From positions 8,358 through 72,357 of the forward strand of contig JAHFSZ010000002.1 of NCBI GenBank assembly GCA_023265515.1: DNA of 64,000 nt, given 5' to 3'. The notes under the pieces are model-generated. The model saw nothing but the letters and a program-made list of their open reading frames with translations, had not been told where the DNA came from and made no database searches. Origin of the DNA: Verrucomicrobiota bacterium. GTDB lineage: Bacteria > Verrucomicrobiota > Verrucomicrobiia > JABWAM01 > JAHFSZ01. This document shows positions 46,637 through 54,202 of this stretch, in pieces (the stretch's first letter is position 1; each line of letters begins with the position of its first letter). A program made the position numbers and the translations under genes.

Positions 46637-47488
46637 TTACTCGTACTCGCCGCCCTGACTTTGGCCAGCCCCGGCAGATGCCTCCCTGGCCTGCTTGGCC
46701 TGTTCGGCGATCCAGGCATCATACTGCTCCTGGGTTTCCACCGTCACGAATCCTCGCATCCGGTAATGGCCAAGGCCGCAAAGCTGGGCACACATGATCT
46801 CATACTCAAATTTATCGTTGCCGAGCTTCTTGCGCATGTCTTCGGTCGTAACCGTCGGTTTGAACCAGATGGGAACACGCATGCCAGGGATTGCGTCCTG
46901 ACACGCACGCATCTCCCGAAGCGCGAAGCTGTGAATGACATCCTTGGACGTGATCAAAATAGTGGCATCGCGATTGACCGGCAAATGGAGCTGATTCATC
47001 ATGACAATGTCGTCTTGGGCGGCCGGATCGGTCCGGTCGAGACCAATCGGATTGTCGGGATTCACGAGCTTGAGTTCCTGACGCCCGAATTTTCCGTCAG
47101 GACCAGGATATTGGATGTTCCAGGCAAACTGCTCCGCGATGACGTGGATTTGAACCGACTGGTCCCCCGGCGGAAACTCGTTGACGCGCTTGGCCCAAAG
47201 AGGAAAGGCCAGGAAGAGCAGCAACACGGCCTCCGTGACGATGACACCCACCTCCACGAATGTCGGATGATGACCCCGGAAACCGATGTAATCCGCTTTG
47301 GGGTGCTTCGAACGGCGGAAACGCCACAGAATGGTCAAAAAGAAAAACGTCCAGCCGACGAACAGCGCCAGCATGAACAGGTGGACATAGTTAAGCAATG
47401 AATCGATGCTGGCGGCATGCTCCGAAGCCGCGGGAGCGATTCCGATCCACTGATTCACATCCAATAAATCTTTTAACTTATCAATCAT
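46637..47488 (-). CDS. coxB: cytochrome c oxidase subunit II (CuA), no fused cytochrome c domain
   Basis: Two N-terminal TM helices and CuA ligands H...CAQLCGLGHYRM. Confidence 0.85.
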   Translation of the reverse strand: MIDKLKDLLDVNQWIGIAPAASEHAASIDSLLNYVHLFMLALFVGWTFFFLTILWRFRRSKHPKADYIGFRGHHPTFVEVGVIVTEAVLLLFLAFPLWAKRVNEFPPGDQSVQIHVIAEQFAWNIQYPGPDGKFGRQELKLVNPDNPIGLDRTDPAAQDDIVMMNQLHLPVNRDATILITSKDVIHSFALREMRACQDAIPGMRVPIWFKPTVTTEDMRKKLGNDKFEYEIMCAQLCGLGHYRMRGFVTVETQEQYDAWIAEQAKQAREASAGAGQSQGGEYE

Positions 47489-47531
47489 CGACTCTCCTCA
47501 CTCTCTTCTCCTTTTCAAAATATCAATCATA

Positions 47532-47795
47532 TCATGGAATCCTCACGTTTTTCATCCGCAGGATGCCGAGCTCCTTGGGACCACCGATGATGAACATTTT
47601 GGACCGCTTGAAAAGATAGAAAAAGAATACGCCGATGGCGCTCAGAACCATGCCGGAAACCATCAGCAGTGCGATGATCCCGACATTCATCCCCTGCGTC
47701 ATGGAGGAGTTCGGATCGCCAAAGCAGACTGCGCACGCCACCAACTTGCTCGGCCAGGCCGCCAGAAACATCGCCGTAATCATTGCCGCTCTCAT
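47532..47795 (-). CDS. small membrane protein with CAVCFGDP motif inside cox operon
   Basis: ORF between coxD and coxB; two hydrophobic segments flanking a CxxC motif. No family recognised. Confidence 0.35.
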   Translation of the reverse strand: MRAAMITAMFLAAWPSKLVACAVCFGDPNSSMTQGMNVGIIALLMVSGMVLSAIGVFFFYLFKRSKMFIIGGPKELGILRMKNVRIP

Positions 47796-47812
47796 GCTTT
47801 TCTTTAAATTTA

Positions 47813-48019
47813 TCACATCCATGGCATATTTTTAAGCTTTCGATAAACCACGATCCCATACCGGATCAGGCCTGCACCCGCACCGAATGCTACAACACCC
47901 GCCAGAAGGTAAAGCCCTCCCCGCTTGTCCAAAAACTGCCCGACGCTCCAAATGCCGAAGCCGAATGTCAGGAGCGTCGAGCAGGCAATGAACACGAGGT
48001 GGAGGGTTTTGAGGGACAT
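47813..48019 (-). CDS. small two-TM membrane protein (68 aa) inside cox operon
   Basis: ORF immediately after coxD; two predicted TM helices. Confidence 0.3.
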   Translation of the reverse strand: MSLKTLHLVFIACSTLLTFGFGIWSVGQFLDKRGGLYLLAGVVAFGAGAGLIRYGIVVYRKLKNMPWM

Positions 48020-48022
48020 GGT

Positions 48023-48400
48023 TCAATGGCCATGCTCTTCGGCCGGCGCCGGAGCGCTCTGCCGGAACAATGGACCCGGGGTTGAGGATGAGGTCCTGAT
48101 TTCGTCCTTCAGCGACCAGAGCGTCAGCGCCATCAAGCCCGTGAAAAAGATCGCCGTGAAAATCATCACCTTGAAAATGACGGCCATCTTTACAAACATG
48201 TCCCAGAACAGATGCATGAAGATGCTGGCCACCAACGCGGCCTTCAACGTCGCGATGATCAAGGCAACAACAATGTTTCCCGAGTGTCCGAAATGGATGT
48301 AGGACACTCCCACTGTCACGCCGGTCAGGACGATCAACGACACCCCGACGATCATGTACCATGAAACGTGTTTTTTGATGGCTTTAACCGTATCGCTCAT
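48023..48400 (-). CDS. coxD: cytochrome c oxidase subunit IV (prokaryotic caa3-type CtaF/CoxD family)
   Basis: Three TM helices with similarity to B. subtilis CtaF (WKHIVGF.../...FMHL). The start is taken at M 48400 rather than the track start 48490. Confidence 0.65.
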   Translation of the reverse strand: MSDTVKAIKKHVSWYMIVGVSLIVLTGVTVGVSYIHFGHSGNIVVALIIATLKAALVASIFMHLFWDMFVKMAVIFKVMIFTAIFFTGLMALTLWSLKDEIRTSSSTPGPLFRQSAPAPAEEHGH

Positions 48401-48413
48401 ATTTTCTCCTATC

Positions 48414-49220
48414 TCACAGCAGATAAAGGACTGGGAAAAGAAAAATCCAGACCAGATCGACGAAATGCCAGAAGAGTCCGGACACCTCAACGCGATTGGT
48501 TAGTCGCTCCGGGTTGCTCTTCCACATTTCCGCGGAATTGTTGTTCTTCCATATCAGGACCGCCAGGAAAAAGATTCCGAGCGGCAGGCCAAAGATCCCC
48601 AGCCAGGCGGCGCCCGCAATGAAAGCCGCGCCTCCCCCCGTAGCCGTGTCGTGCATGGGTCCAAAAATGGCCATGTACAAAATCGTCAACGCAACGGTCA
48701 CCAGCGCCGTGCATGCGCCACGCCCAAACAGGTATGCGTTGACAACCATTCCCCCGAACACGTGCAAGGCGTGCAAACCGGTGAGTGTGAAATAAATCGC
48801 ATAAAACGTATGCGTCTCCGGGAAGTGATGGTGGTGGAACTTGCCATAGTATTCGAAGGACTTCACGCCGAGGAAGATCAGCCCGCAGAGAATGGTCAAC
48901 CCCAGGAAAATCCGGAACCAGTCGAAGTGGTCGATCTTGAGGTTGAACATCGTGAAGTTCGGTATCTTCAGCGCGGCCCAGGCCATCACCATCGTCATTG
49001 AAGAGAGAATCAGCACAGCCGTGTTAAACGTCCCGATCGGGATGTTCAGGTCGAAATCACGACCCGGCATCCAGTTGAACGACCCGACACGAAGCACAAT
49101 GTACGTTGAAAAAAGGGCGCCAAAAAGCATGACTTCGGAAGCCAGGAAAAGCCAGATTCCGACCTTCGCGTTATAGAGGCCGGTGTCCGGCCGTTCCTGA
49201 ATGGTGTAGGGTATATCCAT
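48414..49220 (-). CDS. coxC: cytochrome c oxidase subunit III
   Basis: Typical CoxC (LFLASEVMLFGALF; 7-TM pattern). Confidence 0.85.
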   Translation of the reverse strand: MDIPYTIQERPDTGLYNAKVGIWLFLASEVMLFGALFSTYIVLRVGSFNWMPGRDFDLNIPIGTFNTAVLILSSMTMVMAWAALKIPNFTMFNLKIDHFDWFRIFLGLTILCGLIFLGVKSFEYYGKFHHHHFPETHTFYAIYFTLTGLHALHVFGGMVVNAYLFGRGACTALVTVALTILYMAIFGPMHDTATGGGAAFIAGAAWLGIFGLPLGIFFLAVLIWKNNNSAEMWKSNPERLTNRVEVSGLFWHFVDLVWIFLFPVLYLL

Positions 49221-49274
49221 AATGATTTCCGATCACTCCTAAGCCGTGTGGCGTATATCCATGATGATTCCTGA

Positions 49275-51065
49275 TCACTCCTGAGGTTGTGTCTGAGGTG
49301 TAAAATCCCTGGCGGCGCCCGGCACGCTGTATTCATAAGCGGTCCTGTAAACCGTCGGCAGCGTGGGCCAGTTGCCATGCGGCGGCGGGGTGGCCGTCGA
49401 CCACTCCAATGTCGTGGCCTCCCATGGGTTGTCCGATGCCTTCTCGCCCAGCTTCATCGAGACGATAAAGTTGATCAGGAACGGAATCTGGAACAGCGCC
49501 AGAGTCCATGCCGCCATCGACATGAAAATGTTCCAGTGCAGGGTCGGCTCCGCCAGCAGGTACGTTGCGCCGCCATCGTAGAGGCGCCGCGAGACGCCTT
49601 GCATTCCCTGGATCATCATCGGCGCGAAAATGCAGTTCATGCAGACAAACGATCCCCAGAAGTGGAGCTTGCCGAGCGATTCGTTCATCTTACGGCCTGT
49701 CGCCTTTGGATACCAATGGTAGAGCCCGGCGAAGAGGGCGAAGATCGTGCCCGGCGCGACCACGTAGTGGAAATGGCCGATCACGTAATAAGTATCGTGC
49801 AGGAACAAGTCGATGGCATTGAACGCAAGCGGCAGTCCCGTCAGACCCCCGATCCCGAACATCGGCAGGAAGCCCACCGCGAACAGCATCGAACTCGTGA
49901 ACCGGATCGACCCGCCCCAAAGCGACAGGATGAGGCATGTCAGCAGAAGGACCGACGGCACTGAGATCAGGACGGTCGTCGTTTGAAAGAAGACGCTGAT
50001 CCTCGATCCCATACCCGTCATGTACATGTGGTGCGCCCAAACGATGAACGAGAGAAAACCAATGGTGAGAGTCGAAAAAACCAGCGCCCGGTACCCCCAG
50101 ATCGGCCTGCGCGCGTTCGCAGCGATGACTTCAGCGACAATTCCCATGGCCGGAAGGATCAACACGTACACCTCGGGGTGGCCGAGAAACCAGAAAAGGT
50201 GCTGCCAGAGAAGCGACGTGCCTCCCCCACTCCGCGCATAGCCCGCGATCACGTTCGATTTTGCCGCCACCACGAGACCTTCCGGCAGAAAGAAGCTCGT
50301 CCCCGCCAGACGGTCCATCAACTGCATGATACCGGCCGCTTCGAGCGGTGGGAATGCGAGCACCAGCAAAAACGACGTCATGAGTTGCGCCCAGACAAAG
50401 TACGGAAGCCGCATCCATGTCATCCCGGGTGCGCGGCACTGGATGATCGTACTGATGAAATTAATCGCGCCCAGCAGCGACGAAGTGATCAGGAAGACCA
50501 TTCCAATGATCCAGAGCGTCTGGCCGGTCGGGGCAATCACCGCCAGCGGTGTGTAGGATGTCCAGCCCGACTGGGCGGCGCCGCCCGGAGCCCAGAAGCT
50601 GGCCAGCATCACCACGCCCCCGACGAAATACGACCAGTAACTGGCGGCGTTGATCTTTGGAAACACCATGTCCGGTGAGCCGATCTGCAGTGGAATGACA
50701 AAGTTGCCGAATGCCGCAAAGGCCAGCGGCACAATCCCGAGGAAGATCATGATCGTGCCGTGCATGGCCCCGAGCGCGTTGTAGAACTCGGGCACCATGA
50801 TGCCGCCCGGCATGCTGCTGTCCCCCAGCACCGAAGCAATCAACTTGCCCAGGACGGGAAGAGGCCTGCCGGGATAGGCAAGCTGCCAGCGCATCAGCAT
50901 CACCAGGCCGAAGCCGAAGAGCAGGAAAAAGAAGGCGGTGAACATGTACTGGTAGCCGATCACCTTGTGGTCTGTCGCGAAGATGTATTTGCGCCAAAAC
51001 GGCATTGGATCGTGATGCGCGTCCTTTGCGTCGTGATGCGGCTGTTCTTTCGTGATCGTATCCAT
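49275..51065 (-). CDS. coxA: cytochrome c oxidase subunit I
   Basis: Heme-copper oxidase subunit I with conserved His ligands. The track ORF (to 51497) has a spurious 144-aa N-terminal extension; the real start is ATG at 51063-51065 (MDTITKEQ...). Confidence 0.9.
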   Translation of the reverse strand: MDTITKEQPHHDAKDAHHDPMPFWRKYIFATDHKVIGYQYMFTAFFFLLFGFGLVMLMRWQLAYPGRPLPVLGKLIASVLGDSSMPGGIMVPEFYNALGAMHGTIMIFLGIVPLAFAAFGNFVIPLQIGSPDMVFPKINAASYWSYFVGGVVMLASFWAPGGAAQSGWTSYTPLAVIAPTGQTLWIIGMVFLITSSLLGAINFISTIIQCRAPGMTWMRLPYFVWAQLMTSFLLVLAFPPLEAAGIMQLMDRLAGTSFFLPEGLVVAAKSNVIAGYARSGGGTSLLWQHLFWFLGHPEVYVLILPAMGIVAEVIAANARRPIWGYRALVFSTLTIGFLSFIVWAHHMYMTGMGSRISVFFQTTTVLISVPSVLLLTCLILSLWGGSIRFTSSMLFAVGFLPMFGIGGLTGLPLAFNAIDLFLHDTYYVIGHFHYVVAPGTIFALFAGLYHWYPKATGRKMNESLGKLHFWGSFVCMNCIFAPMMIQGMQGVSRRLYDGGATYLLAEPTLHWNIFMSMAAWTLALFQIPFLINFIVSMKLGEKASDNPWEATTLEWSTATPPPHGNWPTLPTVYRTAYEYSVPGAARDFTPQTQPQE

Positions 51066-51121
51066 GTGCTTCTTTTTCCTTTTCTTTTTGAAACGCCCTT
51101 CTCTAAAAAATCCTTTTGCTT

Positions 51122-52027
51122 CTAAGGTCGAATCTTGTCGAATACCATCAGGCTCAGCAGGACGGGCAGGTAAACGATCGAGGCACCGAAAAGCCACCAG
51201 GCACTCGAGTTCGTCTTCTTCCGGTTGAACCGGACTGCAAACCCCAGAAACACCGAGCTCAGGACCAGGGCGGACAGAAAATAAACAGCCCCCGAAAGTC
51301 CCAGGATGCTCGGCATCAGGCTGATCGGCAGCAACATCATCGCATGAAAAACCGACAGCCTGCCCGTGCTGGCCCCGTCCGGATCGACCACCGGCAGCAT
51401 CGAAAACCCGCCCGCCTTGTAGTCCTCCTGATAGATCCACGCAATCGAAAAAAAGTGCGGCATCTGCCAGAAGAATATGATCGCGAAAAGGATCCATCCC
51501 TCCGGCGTCAGCTCACCACGCGCGCCGGCCCAGCCGATGATCGGCGGCAGCGCGCCCGGCACCGCACCCACAATGGTGTTGAGCCAGGTCAAGCGCTTCA
51601 GGGGCGTGTAGATAAATAGGTAGCTAACCAACGTGAAGCCGGCCAGGAGACTGGCCAGGGCGTTCACCGAGACGGCCAAGTAGATCACTCCGATCAGAGA
51701 GACCGCCGCGCCGAAAACAAAAGCCTCCTGCGGCTGCATCCGCCCTGAGGGCAGCGGCCGGTTCTTGGTCCGCGGCATTTTCGCGTCCGCGTCGCGCTCC
51801 AGCCATTGGTTGAGAGCCGCCGCCCCGCTGGCAACGAGCGCAGTGGCGAACAGAGTATGGATCATCAGGCCGACATCGATAACGCCCCGGGAGCCCATAT
51901 AGAAACCGACCAGCGTCGTCATCAGGACCAGAAACGTGAGCCGTGCCTTCACCAGCTCGGAATAGTCCGCCGCGAGGCCCCTCAGGAGCATGCCAAGTTT
52001 GGCGTCGGTAACCGCGGCTGCTTTCAT
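51122..52027 (-). CDS. ctaB: protoheme IX farnesyltransferase (heme O synthase)
   Basis: UbiA-family prenyltransferase with CtaB/CyoE similarity; the start at 52027 overlaps the ctaA stop. Confidence 0.85.
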   Translation of the reverse strand: MKAAAVTDAKLGMLLRGLAADYSELVKARLTFLVLMTTLVGFYMGSRGVIDVGLMIHTLFATALVASGAAALNQWLERDADAKMPRTKNRPLPSGRMQPQEAFVFGAAVSLIGVIYLAVSVNALASLLAGFTLVSYLFIYTPLKRLTWLNTIVGAVPGALPPIIGWAGARGELTPEGWILFAIIFFWQMPHFFSIAWIYQEDYKAGGFSMLPVVDPDGASTGRLSVFHAMMLLPISLMPSILGLSGAVYFLSALVLSSVFLGFAVRFNRKKTNSSAWWLFGASIVYLPVLLSLMVFDKIRP

Positions 52028-53136
52028 CCGGCCATCCCCATTTTTTGTATTTCCGCTTCTGAATTCTGGATCCCCAAGGCCCACGCCGGATTTCCTTCCC
52101 GGGATGCCACGCAGCAAACCAGAATGATGGAGAGGAGCGAGCCCGCCAGCAGGGTCAGGGAGCCAACGACAACATGGGCCGTGGCGATGTCGGCCGCTTT
52201 ATTGGTCCAGATGGTCGAAGCCCCGAGAACGATCTGCGCTGCCACCAGGCCCACCCAGATCACGGAAAGCCCGCGCAGGACAGGATTCAGACCGTTGGTC
52301 TTGCAGATCCGCCGTGCACTCCAGACGACTCCGGCCAGAATCAGGAATGCCGCGATTCGATGGACAAATTGAAGGGCAATTTGAAAGGCCGTGGTCGCCG
52401 GCAAATCCATCCATTGGATCCGCTCCAAGTTGATGCGCGCAAGCGATACGGCGTCCATCGGCGGGATGAGCCGGCCATAAGCGAGCGGGAAATCGTTGAT
52501 CGACAGGCCGGTATGCTGGTGCCGCATCGACGCCCCCAAAATCAATTGAATGAAGATCAAGATTGTCGTGCCAAGAGCCAGCCGCCTGAGCGCATGGCAA
52601 CCCGCGATCGGATGTTTCCGCAAGGAAAATCGCGACCACCAGCGCGTCGTGAAGAGGCCGATGGCGCCAACCAGCACGAAGAACCCTTGGGCGAGGCATG
52701 CGTGGACAATCCCGATCTCATCCTTAAGCCAAACCACACGCAGACCGCCGAGCACCCCCTGCAACACAACGGCCAGAAACGCAATCCAGCCGAGCTTTCG
52801 CATCCAGGGCCGCCGGTCTTTCCACGCGATCCAGCCGGCCAGCACCGCCGTCAAAAGGCCTACCGTCGAGGCGACCAAGCGGTGCGAATGTTCATAAAAA
52901 ACGCCGCCCACCATCTTGGAAAAAGGAAAAAGGAACATGTTATAGCCGTAGGTGGTCGGCCAATCCGGAACCGCCAAACCGACGCCCTTGCTCGTCACCA
53001 CTCCGCCAACGCCGATCAAAACCAGCGTCACGCCCGCCGTGAAAACGGCGAACCGGTTGAGCCATGGATGATATTCCGCACTGCCCATTTCTGAGTTTGA
53101 AACCTCCGCAAAAACGAAAACCTTATACCGTGCCAT
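52024..53136 (-). CDS. ctaA: heme A synthase (COX15/CtaA family)
   Basis: 8-TM COX15-like sequence with conserved His pairs. Confidence 0.8.
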   Translation of the reverse strand: MARYKVFVFAEVSNSEMGSAEYHPWLNRFAVFTAGVTLVLIGVGGVVTSKGVGLAVPDWPTTYGYNMFLFPFSKMVGGVFYEHSHRLVASTVGLLTAVLAGWIAWKDRRPWMRKLGWIAFLAVVLQGVLGGLRVVWLKDEIGIVHACLAQGFFVLVGAIGLFTTRWWSRFSLRKHPIAGCHALRRLALGTTILIFIQLILGASMRHQHTGLSINDFPLAYGRLIPPMDAVSLARINLERIQWMDLPATTAFQIALQFVHRIAAFLILAGVVWSARRICKTNGLNPVLRGLSVIWVGLVAAQIVLGASTIWTNKAADIATAHVVVGSLTLLAGSLLSIILVCCVASREGNPAWALGIQNSEAEIQKMGMAG

Positions 53137-53187
53137 CGGACGGGGGCAATCACTTTGTGGAGCCCCACGGCCTGACGGTTATGGCTC

Positions 53188-53209
53188 CTTTTGTTACGGC
53201 GAGGCGAAC
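53188..53209. repeat. GC-rich hairpin (8-bp stem CGGCGAGG / CCTCGCCG, 6-nt loop) in the ctaA upstream region
   Basis: Perfect inverted repeat seen directly. Related GGCGAGGCG-containing copies recur at 53246-53262. Confidence 0.6.
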
Positions 53210-53297
53210 ACCTCGCCGAAGCGCCGCGCCTTACACTCCGCCCTTACCCACCAGGCTTCGCCGGCGAGGCGAGCGGACGGGGCTTGCGTGGAGGCGG

Positions 53298-53311
53298 GTG
53301 AAACGTTTCAC
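53298..53311. promoter_or_regulatory. 14-bp perfect palindrome GTGAAACGTTTCAC upstream of ctaA-ctaB-cox operon
   Basis: Perfect dyad ~165 bp upstream of the ctaA start. Candidate dimeric regulator site (CRP/FNR-like half-sites TGAAA..TTTCA). Confidence 0.35.
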
Positions 53312-53364
53312 AAAGTCGCGGACTTCCTTGGTCGCAAACTTTTGGGTATTTCCAACTCTCTCGG

Positions 53365-53385
53365 CAGTCCGGCGAAGCCGGACTG
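53365..53385. repeat. hairpin (9-bp stem CAGTCCGGC / GCCGGACTG, GAA loop) 46 nt after the stop of the upstream cupredoxin-like gene
   Basis: Perfect inverted repeat. Possible terminator or RNA-processing structure, though no U-run follows. Confidence 0.45.
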
Positions 53386-53430
53386 CTCTGGGAGGTTGCC
53401 AGCTCTTAAGGCCCTGCCTTCGAGCGGGAG

Positions 53431-54138
53431 TTAGGTCTTAGGTTTAAAGATAAAATCGGGGGCCTTGGCCTCACCCGCCTCGACCTTGATCTTCTGGGTC
53501 AACGTGCCGCCCTTGTGGTGCCACGCCTCAAGCGTGTACTCACCCGGCGGCAGGCCCGTGATGGTGAAACTGCCATCCTCCTTCGTCACCGCATAGAATG
53601 GATGATCCAACACACCCACGTAGGCAAACATCCATGGATGGACGTCGCATTTGAACTGGACCATCACTTCCGGCTTCGTAAAGACCTTCTCGCTTTTCAT
53701 TCCCTTGACCGGCTGGCCGAGATTAAATTCCGGATTGTTCTTTGCCATGCAATGCACGTTATGCAGCGTGCTGTCGTCGTTCTGAATCTGCAGCAGCTGG
53801 CCCACCTGGATGCCCATGACGTACGGCACGTAGAGGCAGTTTTGCTGATCAAGCAGTTTTGCCTCCTTGGGAACGGGAAAGGTTTTGCCTGCGAGACCAT
53901 CCTTGACGTAGACGAACACGTTCGCCAGGCCGCCTCCGGGTCCGACGATGTAATGCTTCGTGGTAACCCCTGTCGCGTGGGTCTTGGCACAATAAGGATC
54001 GGCGTCCATCTTGATCGCTTTCTCGGCCGGAGCCGCCCCCTGAAGAATCGCCTTGCCGCTAATCGACCCTTGGGCAAATGCCATCCCGCTTGTCACCAAC
54101 AATGCTCCTGTTGCAATCCATATTCCTGTCTTTTTCAT
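53431..54138 (-). CDS. secreted amicyanin/plastocyanin-like type-1 copper (cupredoxin) protein with extra N- and C-terminal domains (paralog B)
   Basis: Signal peptide; LHNVHCM and FKCDVHPWM copper-ligand motifs; C-terminal DGSFTITGLPPGEYTLEAWH beta-sandwich-like tail. Colinear with 45830-46612. Confidence 0.6.
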   Translation of the reverse strand: MKKTGIWIATGALLVTSGMAFAQGSISGKAILQGAAPAEKAIKMDADPYCAKTHATGVTTKHYIVGPGGGLANVFVYVKDGLAGKTFPVPKEAKLLDQQNCLYVPYVMGIQVGQLLQIQNDDSTLHNVHCMAKNNPEFNLGQPVKGMKSEKVFTKPEVMVQFKCDVHPWMFAYVGVLDHPFYAVTKEDGSFTITGLPPGEYTLEAWHHKGGTLTQKIKVEAGEAKAPDFIFKPKT

Positions 54139-54202
54139 ATCATGACCTCTTTTTTCCTTATCTTTTTTGGTTCAGTTTGATGTTTCAGTTAAAAAAACAG
54201 CT

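Noticed and set aside
51066-51497. 144-aa N-terminal extension of the coxA ORF
   Set aside because: No similarity to oxidase subunit I, and low-complexity. The conserved protein begins MDTITKEQ at 51065 with an upstream purine-rich ribosome-binding region.
53137-53430. Possible tRNA or other structured RNA gene in the long ctaA upstream gap
   Set aside because: No T-loop (GTTCRANYC) or anticodon-stem pattern found on either strand. The hairpins are simple perfect inverted repeats, more REP/terminator-like. Left as a regulatory-region finding only.
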